A stretch of DNA of 63,127 bases, the filler included, from Dugesia japonica (taxonomy: Eukaryota): NCBI GenBank assembly GCA_001938525.1. It is 5 parts of 5 records of this genome, joined end to end, with 100 filler letters (N's around TTAATTAATTAA, not from the genome) between each part and the next. Parts side by side here need not be neighbours in the genome. Positions count along the whole stretch, not along the records: positions 1 to 19,451 come from MQRL01531714.1; 4 more parts are not named here. One strand, 5' to 3'. Each line of letters begins with the position of its first letter. The stretch's first letter is position 1. This document shows positions 1 to 12,618 of this stretch, one piece after another. The notes beneath the pieces are model-generated. The model was not told the origin of the DNA. It was given only the letters and a program-made list of their open reading frames with translations, and searched no databases. A program made the translations under genes and the position numbers.

Positions 1-58
<58 letters not shown>

Positions 59-73
59 TAATATTAATAAATA
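1..73. repeat. (TAA)n microsatellite
   Basis: Direct read. Similar tracts occur at 665-727, 2805-3002, 6670-6731, 41720-41970 and 62830-63127. Confidence 0.95.
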
Positions 74-664
74 ACTTTTCATTATTATTTATTGTAATTG
101 GAAGTAGTAATAACTAATCACAAGGCAGATGTATTGTATATCGACATTCTGATACTTGAATGCTTCATTAAATGACATAAAAATCTGTTTCAAACTATCC
201 ATCCATCCATCCATCAATACATATACATCTCGTCTATTATTATTATAAATCTATCGCCAGTAAAGTCGATGCAGACTTATTTTAACACAGGCAATAGGAA
301 GGATGTATTTCAATGTTTCTTTTGAAGTTGTCAGTGGATTCTGTTTGACAATACTATGATAAAATATTTTTACGTATTTCTGATGTAGTAATCTCAAAGA
401 CTAGAGAGACTTTTAATGATTTTGCAAGTCTCCGAATTTCAAAATTATTTTTAAGGTGTTTATTATTATTGATTAATACATTATTTTGTTAATTCTTCAT
501 GAAATAGTCAGCTGGCCAGGTGAAAAATTTGTCTATATAATGGATTAGATAAAAACAAACAAATATNNNNNNNNNNNNNNNNNNNNNNNNNNNNNNNNNN
601 NNNNNNNNNNNNNNNNNNNNNNNNNNNNNNNNNNNNNNNNNNNNNNNNNNNNNNNNNNNNNNNN

Positions 665-727
<63 letters not shown>

Positions 728-1689
728 ATAAAGGTTTTAATTTATCACAGAAAAATAAGTTATCTAAGCACACAACAAATGAAAAATTTTAATTTTAATT
801 TGATATTTTAAAATCAAATTCGATTTTTTTCCATATCAAAATGAAAGTTGAATAAGCGTTTTCACGAATTTTATCAATTTAATTAGCATACTAATTCAGA
901 AAAAATATGAAAAATCTACTTTAAATAATTTCATTAAGTTGTAACGATATATTTGGCTTTTAAATACATTTTAATAAAAATAAACAATTTCTTATTTAGA
1001 TAAAATTAAAATAATTTCAGAATTGAATATAAAATAAACTGAATTTCTGTTTTGTAATTAATTTCCTTATTTTAATTAAAATAAAATGAATAAGTAAATT
1101 TTGGTGTGTAAAAAATTACATTTCAAAACGTTAAAGCTGTCATAAATTAATTTAATTAATTTTTCATCAAAAACGTTAGTAAAATTCGAAATCACTCAAT
1201 TTATTTAATCAATTTAATTTCAACAATTGCTCACGGTATTAATTATTGTTTTTTGACAGAAATATTTTTTTCAGAATTATTATTTTTATTCTTTAATAAA
1301 CTTCTATTATATATCGAAATAACTTTCATTTGATAAATATTTTAATTTAACTTTAATTCTAAACAATCAAAGAAGTTAATCTTTAAATTTGTATTCGATA
1401 ATGTTTTATTGAAATATCCAATTTATGTGCTTGATTTTGATTGGATGCATGCCTCAGTAATATTAAATATGGTCTTCTATGTATAAATGCATCTTTCTTA
1501 ATTTGAAAAATAAGTTGTCTAGAAATATTCTCAAAATTATGAAGTTCATACAAAATAAATTTGAATTACTCTACAACAATCAATCACCGTAATTGAAGCT
1601 TAACTATTTAATCTAATTTTATCCGTTTTAATTCGTTAGAAATTATAATTCCAGATTTTCTATAAAATCTTAAAGAAATTTAAATCAAA

Positions 1690-2260
1690 ATGGTGTTTTA
1701 TTTGTGAATTGATATAATACTAAACGGAACCATGATTTCCATTGTTTACTAGGTGCAGTTTTTCGATTAGTAATAATACAATTAAAGAATTAATTTTTAA
1801 AAATTACACAGAAAAATTTGAAGAAAATATTGGACATATTCTAATGATAAGACCATAGAATAATCGATTTTCAATCTGTTAATTCCTTTAGGTTTATCAA
1901 AAATACAAAAACAACAGACTTTTTTTACTTTTCAGTACAAAGTGATAAAAGTGTTTGAATTTATTTCAAGTATGGTAGAACTGGAATGTTATCGTGATTT
2001 GCGATGTATGTAATTATGCAAATAATATCTTTATTGTCAACAATTAGACCAATTAGATGAAGCACTGAAAATGAATCGCTTAGAATTAAATAAAAGAAAA
2101 TGTGTTACTCTTCTTTAAAATAACGCAAGACCTCAAAATATCAATGAATTGAAATTTCGAAGTGTTGGCTAATTTCACTAATATTTCTGATATAGCACCA
2201 CTAGATTGTCATCTAGTCCGTTCTTTGTAGTATGTTTCGTGAATCGCAGGAAAAAAATTT
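1690..2260 (+). pseudogene. Highly degraded mariner transposase remnant
   Basis: 2041-2230 reads QLDQLDEALKMNRLELNKRKCVTLL*NNARPQ...SDIAPLDCHLVRSL, matching mariner HDNARPH and YSPDLAPSDYHLF motifs. Confidence 0.65.
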
Positions 2261-2804
2261 AGTAACACTTTACAGAAGTTATTATTTCATAATAAATGTT
2301 AACATCAGTGTATCTTTATCTTTCCAGATTCAATATCCTTTTCAACTAACAAATATTGATTAGAATTCCAGTAAGCCTTTCACATGAGAGTTGTATATAC
2401 TAAAAATTAATTTACTATTCTGAAACTCAACAAATTATTAATACTTCCTATCACAGGGGTAAAAATCTACAAGACAAATTTGATCATTATTATAAATTAG
2501 CAAAGATCTTACAAATTTATTAAAAGGATCTAGAGTTCTTCCGAGTTTCCACTGACTACATTTAAGAAACACTAATAATTATTATGTTTTACAAGATGTT
2601 TTTAAAAATATGCTTTCATTTTTAATTCATCAAATTATTGATCAAAAGAATTAATTTCAAATGAAAAATGTATTCGCCAGACGGAAATATTTATTCAGTA
2701 AACAGGTTTTTTGGAAAGTAATATATAACTTTCAATAGTTATTTTGAAGATAGATATTAAAGATTAGTTTCAAGAAGTAAGATTTCCAGGTTATTAATTG
2801 GATA

Positions 2805-2837
<33 letters not shown>

Positions 2838-2943
2838 NNNNNNNNNNNNNNNNNNNNNNNNNNNNNNNNNNNNNNNNNNNNNNNNNNNNNNNNNNNNNNN
2901 NNNNNNNNNNNNNNNNNNNNNNNNNNNNNNNNNNNNNNNNNNN

Positions 2944-3002
<59 letters not shown>

Positions 3003-3004
<2 letters not shown>

Positions 3005-5480
3005 TTGGGGGTTCCACTTGAGTTTAAGGTAGAAAAAATGTGGCTAGGGAAAAGACAGCCTTCAGGGGACCTGTTCAAGAATTTAATCTAACGTCCTTAT
3101 TTAGATTTTCGGTATAGAGCGGTTGACCTCGAACGTTTATTTAAGGTACATGCACGTATACCTTTATTTTGGGTTTGCTATTTTTCCCTTCAACTTAAAA
3201 AAAACTTTAATAACATTCAAGGATTAAATTATATTGTTAATTTACTACATAAAATTTAGAGCACCCGGGTCTAACCACTAAGTTGGCTCTTCCGTAGCAA
3301 AGCCAAAAGCCGCATCATCATCCTCGCTGTTCCAGCGAGTCCACGTCACATTTTCTAGTTGACGGGAAAGGTCGATGATGTATTGTTCAAGTAACGCAAT
3401 TATATGGTTGAGTATCTGTTGAAATTGATCGGCTAGTTCGGCTTATTTCTTTACAATCACATCGAGCTTCTTAATGTCATAATAGAGCGATAAAGCTCTG
3501 AGGTCATTTCTGGATCCTCACTACTCTCTTCTACTTTCTTTTTCGGTGCCGTTGAGCGATTAAGGGATAAGTACACTAAAAATAGAAAGACAATTATATT
3601 TATGCAAATCAAAGTTCTGTAATAGAAATCCGCATAAAAAGGTGACTGTGGATTATATTTCGTTTTAAAAATAAGAAAAGTAGAACAAATAAATACAAGG
3701 TGAAAACTTAATATAACGGAGAGAGTTTTATTAATAACCAAATTAAAATCATGTCACTGTTGAATTTGAATTTTTGCTACTGGTGCTAACGGTGGAGTTC
3801 TCTACTCTACCGCCACTTTCGGTATTACGGATGCTCCATAAATGATCTTGGACGAAATCACTCAAATTAGTAAAAGATGGTAACTGACTAGTAGTGAGAT
3901 CTACAACAGATGAACCTTTGTGCCATGTCCGAATGGTTAGCCGTTCCCCATTGGCGCCCATCTTTTTAGAGGTAACCGCATGGTAAACAGCTTGTGCCCT
4001 ATTAGGCCCCTTCTAATCATAGACGACGCGGCGCTCGGTAGCGTCCCACTGCCGTTCTTCCTCGGCTTCCGTTGTCGGCAAGTTGAATATGTCTACTAGG
4101 TCTCCGGCGTTACGATTATGTGGATTTTTGTAACGCTTCAATATGGTTCTTCAGGTTCAGCGATCAAGTAAAACCTCCCACTTGTGTTCCACTATAATAG
4201 CATTCAAAAGCAATTATTATTTAGTCAAAAAAAGTTTAAAGAAAATCAATACACTAAAAAATGAAATAGGCGATTATGTATTAAAAGAAATAAGCTACAT
4301 TTAGTAAATAAACTAAAACCAATGTCGAAATTTCACGTCAATAATTAATTTTCTGAATAGATTTCTACTAGATATTTCGACGAAACACTGTAGATCGGTT
4401 TCATTGGGATGCTCGATCTTACCGCTGGACCGAATGTGAGCTATTAGCTGCATATTATAGATTCTGCGTCTTTCTCTTCTAATCTTTCTACAAAATATTT
4501 AACAGAATTATGGACATTGCAGCGTGGAACTAAAACCCTGAATGACAAATTCTTAAATAAATAACAAATTTTCTGATCAGCATATTCATCGTTCGTCTGT
4601 TCAACAAATTATCCTTACCCTTAGTCGGCAGTAATTCTCCTAATAATTATAATGATCAATAAAAATTGTCACTTAATAATGACGAAAGAAATAATTATTA
4701 ATGATATCACGACCATAGTAATTACACGGTAAAGCTTAAATCAATATGATAATATTATAAACATATGGAAGGTATTCCGGGGGTAATAATAATAGGATAG
4801 AAAGAATAGTTCTAAGTAGTGTTGGTTTTCCAGTGATAAAACAGGATAGGCAATTTTCAGAAAGATAAAATCATTAAAACCCGTATTACTGTAATGTGAC
4901 GAAGAATTGTATGGAGTCGTTGTCAATAACTATTTGATTCGTAATAACGTGAAAATGAAGGCGGTCAAGTTATGGGAACACTAAGTTTAGTCTTACTAAT
5001 CATGAAGACGAACATAAAAGCTGGTATGGATTACAATTGTATAAACTGGATGAGGAGAAATAATAGGCTGTCTAGAGAAGCTTATAGCGAGGTCATAACG
5101 TTAATAATACTAACCATGATAAGGGTAGTGATGATGTTAATGATACAATGTTGAAAACTTTAATATGATAACATTAATAGTAAGGATCTAATAATAACAG
5201 AATAATAACAATATAATAATAATTTCACAAATAAAAAATTAATGATAATAATAATAGTAGCCATCCCACTGACGACACAAGTAAAAATCATTTTTTTCAT
5301 TACGATATTGTTATTCCTACTAATAAAGATTTTCATAATGTGGTCAACCATTGTGTTTAGCATCGAGGAATAAATATGAGGTATTTAATCATTTATAGAT
5401 AAAACAAACATAACTACCCATAAGAATAATATTTTGTGTGCAATAAAAACAGTAATAATATCATTAACATTAACATTTTG
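3003..5480. mobile_element. LTR-like element starting TGTTGGGGGTTCC directly after an (AAT)n tract; carries decayed minus-strand ORFs; right end not identified
   Basis: The first ~170 bp align by eye with 22565-22735 and 23235-23400 (GAATTTAATCT...TTTAGATxTTC...GGTTGACxCG...CCTTT). Confidence 0.55.
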
Positions 5481-6036
5481 GAACCTAGCGATGTCTGCTA
5501 GAGTAGATTTGAGATGTTTCGGATAGGATTTCAAACTACATCATGTTATAATTTAAGATTCTACAAGGGGTTTTTCAAATGATAAATGTATATTTGAATG
5601 TGAATAACGGTTTGACTTCGGCTTCTGATTCCTTTTAAATGAAATGGAATTTTTTGCTAAATGATGGTAATTTTATCTTGAACTCTTTTGCTTTTCCAAT
5701 CAATTCCTTAAAATTAATTGGTGAACACTTGTATTTTCTGTTATTGATCCGTGGTTAAATTTAATATTAGCTTTAAAAGTATGAACGAAGTTTTCCAATA
5801 CTATAGTTTTCTTGATAAAAGTTTTTGTTGTTGTTTTTGACTAAATTCTGAGGGTTTCTTTTATATATTTTTCGTTACAACCCAACTTTCTTCGTATTGA
5901 GTATCTATTTTTGTTTTTTGATTCTTGGTTTTCATTGGTGTTGGTGCCAATTTTCTGATTTTTTCTTAGAGTTTTTGATTCTCTAATGGTGCCTATTTTG
6001 TCTTATGTTTCTTTTCTGGTCTGTGATTGGCCCATA

Positions 6037-6180
6037 GAGCTTCGATCAAATTTTTTGTTTTTCATAATAATCCGAATGTTTTAAAAAAGTCAATTTCTTA
6101 CGAAGATTAAGTTGAAAAGTCGAATTATTATCAGAAACAAAAAGAAAAATTTTTTATCGAAGCTTTTATTTTAATGAAAT
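6037..6180 (+). mobile_element. Penelope-like pLTR remnant with inverted repeat and degenerate hammerhead
   Basis: AAGTCAATTTCTTACGAAGATTAAGTTGAAAAGTCGAATT...ATCGAAGCTTTTATTTTAATGAA matches the copies at 8051 and 52007. 6037-6075 is an inverted copy of ~6120-6165. Confidence 0.55.
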
Positions 6181-6669
6181 AATGTTTAATTTTTAATGCA
6201 TTTCTGAATGTATTATCTTATTTTTGAATTATAAAATCAATAGGATTACTTATTTTAGTGTAAAAACTTTGTGTTGAATTTAAAATTTCTATTGTATATT
6301 GTATACATAGAATATCTATTAGTAATTTGTATTGCACATGTCCTCAAGGCTTTCAATTAGACAAGTGTTCGTCGCAAAAAATGCATTTACTAAGAATGGA
6401 AAAAAATTCCATTAAATTAAAAAATATTATAACTAAATGCTCATTGATAAAATTCAATACAAAAGATTTTGTGATTTAGTTTTATATGTATTATGANNNN
6501 NNNNNNNNNNNNNNNNNNNNNNNNNNNNNNNNNNNNNNNNNNNNNNNNNNNNNNNNNNNNNNNNNNNNNNNNNNNNNNNNNNNNNNNNNNNNNNNNNNNN
6601 NNNNNNNNNNNNNNNNNNNNNNNNNNNNNNNNNNNNNNNNNNNNNNNNNNNNNNNNNNNNNNNNNNNNN

Positions 6670-6732
<63 letters not shown>

Positions 6733-6989
6733 ATAAAGGTTTTTATTTAAAAAGTGAATTTTATACAATAATGTTAAATGCAAAGATTCATAGTACATAT
6801 CCGGTGAACCATTTTGAATTACACCAAAGACAGAATCTCACTAAAATGTTTATGTTGCCAATATAATGACTTCATAATGGAATTGCATATTATGAATTTT
6901 TACTTGTTAACTATAAAATTGATACAAATTAGTTTTCTCAGAAATTAATGAAAATAAAAAATTCTAGCAACAGAAATATATAAAAATTG

Positions 6990-7373
6990 TAAATTATGGA
7001 GATGTTGTTTTTCATCACGACAACGCAAATCCTGACACATCTTTGAAGACTTCATAAAAATTACTAGAAAATATCTGAGATTTTTTGATACATCCCCCAT
7101 GTAGTCCTGATATGGTATCAACAGATTACTATCTGACTCGGTGTCTCCAAAACTCTTTTGCTAAGAAAATATTTATCTAAGATGACAAAACGTATCTACA
7201 AGTATTTTTTGCTCAGCAAAATTACAAACTTTTGAAAAGAAAATCACAATACTAAGAGATTGCAAAGAATTGTCAAAAGTAATGATCAATAGTTCTAGCA
7301 AAAAAGATTTTCTGTGTTTAAAATTTGCTTTTTATTTCATTGTATAAAATAAAATAACTTTCCGGTTAACCTA
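6990..7373 (+). mobile_element. Mariner 3' remnant with right TIR
   Basis: Reads GDVVFHHDNANPDT...LIHPPCSPDMVSTDYYLTRCLQN and ends AATAACTTTCCGGTTAACCTAA-TTA, a TTAGGTT-type TIR. Confidence 0.75.
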
Positions 7374-7451
7374 ATTAATACAAATTTTTTAATCCTAAAT
7401 ATATTTCTTAAAACTTTAAATGATACGCACACCCATAAATATATATGTATA

Positions 7452-7800
7452 AGTAGTAGTGGAAATACGCTTTTAAGCCAGGAGGTAGCTCCAAATTCGG
7501 GCAAAGGGCATAAACGATACCAGTACAACAGAGTTCAGTACTATCGTAATCGCAAGCGATAACCCCCGAAACAGAAATTAAGCAATGATTACATAGGAAA
7601 AAAGAGGGTAATCATTACCAGGGAACAGAGTTTGGTACTAGTACAACAAACTTAAGAAAAAAAGGGTTTGTTATTTGGCTTGTATTTTGGCTTCGATATG
7701 TATGGGTCAGATTTTTTTTGTAGAAGTTTCTAGCTTTGCGCTTGTTGTGCGCGGCGCTATCGCACATTTTGCGTGAAAATTCTCTGGCTTATAAGCATAT
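7452..7800 (+). repeat. Putative left terminal inverted repeat of the Polinton
   Basis: Abrupt AGTAGTAGTGG start and a non-coding, GC-richer segment upstream of the viral ORFs. The partner TIR is not seen. Confidence 0.6.
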
Positions 7801-7924
7801 TTTCTCTATTACTAGTAATTAGTTTTTTTTCTTGATTTTTTGTATTTTCATTTTATTACTTAAGAAAATGTATTCTAATAATACAAGTGAAGATATACAA
7901 CCTATATCAACTGAAGAAAAATTT

Positions 7925-8305
7925 TATAAACTCTTAAAAAGTTATAATTTTATTGAAAAATTCTGTTTTAGCTTTTTCAAAACAAAATAATGTAAACTAA
8001 AAAACAGTTAGAAAATATTTAAGAGAATTTAATATTCCTTATAATAGGAGAAAAGTCAATTCCTGACGAAGAAAAGGTCGAAATATCGAATTGTTATCCA
8101 ATATCAATAAATAAACCTAAATTTTGATCAAAGATTTTATATTAAACGAAAATGATTAGTAATGAAATAATGCAAAGTGATTTTTTTAAACTCTTAAAAA
8201 GTTATAATTTTTAGAAAATTTTGTTTCAAGTTTAATTAAACAAAATAATGTAAATAATAAAATAATAATAAAATATTTAAAAGAATTTAATATTCCTTAT
8301 AATAA
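7925..8305 (+). repeat. Two diverged ~120-bp direct repeats (7925-8046, 8185-8303) encoding an HTH-like peptide
   Basis: TAAACTCTTAAAAAGTTATAATTTT...ACAAAATAATGTAAA...AAATATTTAAxAGAATTTAATATTCCTTATAATA occurs twice. Peptide: KQNNVN*KTVRKYLREFNIPYN. Confidence 0.75.
8057..8093 (+). ncRNA. Minimal type I hammerhead ribozyme motif (Penelope-type)
   Basis: CAATTC-CTGACGA-AGAAAAGGTC-GAAA-TA-TC-GAATTG gives a perfect 6-bp stem I, the CUGANGA and GAAA cores, a short stem II, a palindromic ATAT stem III and an AUC cleavage triplet. Confidence 0.7.
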
Positions 8306-8709
8306 TATAAAAACATATTAAAATTTCAAAAAGAGATGTTAATGGTCAATATAAATCTTTTATAACACGATTTTCAAAATTCCAAATCCAACGAATGCAA
8401 ATCTCAAAGAGTCGCATTCAAACCCTAAAATAGATTTTCATAAAATGAGTGATTCAGATTTTCTAAAAGTTGTTGAAAATACTGTTCGGAGAAAACTATA
8501 ATGTATCATTTTTTCACTAAAGAAAATGGGAAGTAAAAAACCGGCTATCCTAAAGAACCCCATTCAAAAACCAAAAATACAAGAAGTTTTAGTATAAACA
8601 GTTTGTATAATAGTATAGATAATTTTTCTAAGCTTGAAAATTTTAGTATTAATAAAATTAATAATTTTGCTTAATGTGAAATTACAAATATTTAGCTGTT
8701 TTAAAAGGT

Positions 8710-9180
8710 ATGTATTCTCAAGTTGAGAATTTTAAAGAAAGTGTAAAGTTTAAAACATTATTATTTATAATGCTTACAAAATTTTGTGAATCAGAATGTA
8801 AAGGAGAAATAATAAATAATTTATCTAAACAATCTCTTCAAAATATTGAAATAATAAAAAAATTAGAAAGTAATTATCAAATAAGAAAGAGATGTATGTA
8901 ATGAATTGAGAGAACAATTAAATCTTGAACAAAAACCAAAATTTATTGAATATCCAGGCTTAAAACTTTCTTTAATAAAATATGAAGATGATGATGCAAT
9001 TATTACAAATATGGATTATATAAATATTGCAAACGAAATAAAAAAAATAGTGATAACCTATGTGAAAGATTAATCAAAGTAAAAATACTAAAAGAATATG
9101 AAGATGATATAAAAAGAGTATATGCAGCTAAAAGCGATTTACCAAATTATTTAGTAAAAATTTCTAACTCTAAATATTAA
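8710..9180 (+). pseudogene. Polinton small hypothetical ORF (frameshifted)
   Basis: ORF 8710-8901 plus a coding-like continuation (KPKFIEYPGLKLSLIKYEDDD...). Lies within the element. Confidence 0.35.
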
Positions 9181-9192
9181 ATAAATTCATAT

Positions 9193-9628
9193 TTATTTTT
9201 TATAATAAGGCTCTCTAAATCGATTGTTAAGATTTCTATAAGATTTTGGTTTTTTAATCTTTGAATTTGTTACAAGATCATTCATTTTATCTCTAACAAC
9301 GTGCTCATCAAGAAACATTCTATAAGTGTTTTCATAACAATTATAGAATTCCATAAAATTGGGAAAAGCATCTTTGAATACATTATTAGAAAATAATATT
9401 TTATATTTTTCAAATAATCCTCTTGGATTATAAATACCATCATATTTATCATGTCTCAACTTGTTATATTCTTGTTGTTGCTCTAATTTTAATTCTTTCT
9501 TATTATTGAGTCAAGTCATAATATTCACATTCTTGATCCACAAAATTAAAATATTCTTGTGGACTCATTTTAAAATATCTACTTTCATTTAATAACATAA
9601 TACATTCCTCATTAGTTAAGTTTTCCAT
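9193..9628 (-). pseudogene. Polinton hypothetical ORF
   Basis: ORF 9193-9459 extends upstream, with disruptions, to an ATG near 9628 (MENLTNEECIMLLNES...). Confidence 0.4.
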
Positions 9629-9729
9629 ATTAATAATTAAGTTTATGGTTAAGTTTTTGATTTTATGTTGATTAATTAACCATCTTTAAAGCAGGTGAAA
9701 GCTATTTAACTAAATTATTTATACTTAAA

Positions 9730-12609
9730 ATGTCTAGCCAATTGATTTGTCCAAATAATATTTGCAAAAAGATTTTAAAAACAAATCAGGTCTAACAGCT
9801 CATGTTAGATCTCGGCGCTGTGCGCTACACTGAGCGAGCTTTACTTGTTTAAAATGTCTAAGCACATTTCGATCTATGAGTGGTTTGAGAGAACATGTGA
9901 ATTCTACAATTTGTGGAATTGCACATAATGTTCCGTTGTTTTGTGAAATTTATAATAAAAAGTTTTTATATCAGAACCATGCNAAAACTCATTACAATTC
10001 AAAGAAACATAAAGAAATGGTTAACAAATCATTATTTGATCAACTTCCTGATGAAGAAGCAATTGCTTATGATCCAGAATTTCTTGATATCTTTAGAATG
10101 TACAAAAATTATGAAATTGAATATTTTAAAGATAGTAAAGTGGAATTAACTAAAGAAGTTGAACATGTAATATAAAGACCTATGATTAATGAATCTCAAA
10201 AAGAAATACTCGAAATTATTACCAAGTATCTTACTTATGGTAAAAAGATTATTGTTTGAATGAGTGTCAATTGTAATTATAATAAACAAGTTAACTGTGA
10301 AAACGTTGAGAGAATTTTTAATTCATATTCAAAGAATAGACAATTTACTATTGTAAGTGAAATTAATGATGGTGTTAATGATATTGTAAATGAATTACAA
10401 AGATATATCAAAGATGAAGATCGAAACGAATCTGGTTGGAATTTAATTTATATTGTTGATTATAAAATCGAACTTTCTAAATATAAATCTTTAGCTGGAG
10501 CAACTTATCGGAAATTACCATTCTCAAAACCAGGTGTAATTAATATCCAAAATAAAGATGAAAAATGGTTTCTCTATGCAATGTTAGCTCATAAATATAT
10601 ATTTGATCACCCAACTAAAGTTGAAAAATATGTTCCATACTTAAATGAATTAAAAACCAATAGAATTAAATTTCCTGTAAATATTGATGATGTTAAAAAA
10701 TTAAAAGATTGGAAAATAAATGTATTTACTGTAACCAACTCCAAAATAATTGAACCTTTATATATTTTACATTATGAAACTAAATCTAAATCTGAGGAAA
10801 ATAAATGGAATTTATTAGTTTATACAAAACCCAGTGGGCCCCACCATTTTATTTTATGTAGTATTTTGTAGTATTATCAAGTACCTTATACAACAAATAG
10901 AAATAAAAATTATTTATGTATAAGATGTATGACTTGTTATAATAGTAAAGATTTATTAACAAAACATCAAAAAGAAGGTATTAATCATGAAATATCAAAT
11001 ATAACATTTTCAAAAAAATTTTATTATTATTTTCAAAATTATTATTAGAAAAATAAAAATCCTTTTGTAGTTTATGGTGATTTTGAAAGTTGAACTAATA
11101 TTAACACCAAAAAACAAAACCCTTTATCACTTGAAATTTATGTAGTGAGTAAATATTCACATTTAATACAAAATGAATAAAAAGAATTTTATGGAGAAAA
11201 TATTCATGAACAATTCTTTGAATTTTTAAATGAACTAAATAATAAATTAAAAGATATTAAAGAAAATAAATTAATCTTAAATTATAAAGGAGAGTTTACT
11301 TTCCATCAAAAATTCCCAATACTGAAGTTGCTCACCTAAAATGTAGATATTGTGAAAAATCGATTGGAATAGAGCTCTTTGGGATAACTGAAAATCCAGT
11401 AATTGATCATAATCACTTTAATGGAAACTTTAGACGTTATTCTCATTCAAAATGCAATTTACAAGACAAATTAATAAAGAATTTATTTATTCCATTTTAC
11501 TTTCATAATGCCTCAGGTTATGATAATCATTTATTTTTCAAAGAATTAATTAGTAAATATCCAAATAAAGTTAAAAAGATAATTCCTCATACAGATCAAG
11601 TGTATATTTCATTCCAATATGAAAGTATTAGATTTTTAGATTCAGCAAGAATGTGTCAATTTACATCAATTGAGAAAATGAGTGAAATGTTAAATCAATT
11701 TGGAAAATATAATCACTTAAGAGCATTTAATTTAAATGCAAAGAAAATATCATTTTCATATGAATATGCTAAAAGAGAAAATATAAATGAAGTAATTGAA
11801 TTAATAAAAGGAAGCCCTCTTTGATCAGATCCCATCGGGTCCCATTGAATTCCATCAAAAGAAGATTTTAATAATAAACTAAATCCAAAATGAATATCAG
11901 AAAGTGATTATAATGAATTTGTACAAGATTTTAATCAATTTGGTAATTTATTTGATTACATGATGTATTATATGAAATTAGATGTAATTATTTTAGCAGA
12001 TTTCTTTGAAAGCTTTAGAGAAACATGTTTAAATAATTACCAAATAGATCCTTGTTATTGTTATTCAGGTCCAGGAAAAACTTGGAATTCTGGTATGAAA
12101 TTTACTAAAATAAAATTAAATATGCACAAAAAGAAACTTATGACAGATTTATTAAAATTGAAAGAGGAGTTAGAGGTGAATATTATGAAGTGTGTGGTGA
12201 AACGCAGGTATTTGGAAAAAATAAAAGAAGTAATAAAAAAATAAGTAATGCGCAATATGATGATTTATTAAATTTATTAAAAAATAAACAATATCTTCCA
12301 GATGATTATTTTGAAGAAACATTTCGAAAATATTTAGATGAAAATAGTTTATATGCATCCTGTATGACAAATCCATTATCAACAAGTGAAATTTATGAAT
12401 GTCTTCCAGAGTCAGGTCAGGACTTAAATTATACTCCATCAACAGATAAAATTAATTATATTTATAAAGTTGATTTAGAATATCCACCAGAAATACATAA
12501 AAAGACAAAATATTTTCCTTTACCACCAGATCCAATTAATATAAAAAATGAAATGTTAAGTCCTAATCAATTAAATTTTGATACAAAGTTGAGCAAAAAA
12601 AATATTTAA
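9730..12609 (+). pseudogene. Protein-primed family B DNA polymerase (pPolB) with N-terminal zinc fingers and EndoVII-like insert; frameshifted and 3'-truncated
   Basis: Motifs read across frames: ESGW, VINIQNKDEKWFLYAMLAH, Exo I PFVVYGDFES, EndoVII-like CRYC...VIDHNHFNG...HSKCNL, Exo II YFHNASGYDNH, RFLDSA, Exo III YMKLDVIILADFFESFR, Pol motif A YLDENSLYASCM, and VDLEYPPEIH. Motifs B and C are absent. Confidence 0.92.
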
Positions 12610-12618
12610 TTTAATTAA

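Noticed and set aside
489-3078. Poly-N/L/I/Y ORFs (also 6454-6866, 36788-37082, 62738-63064)
   Set aside because: These are translations of microsatellites and gaps.
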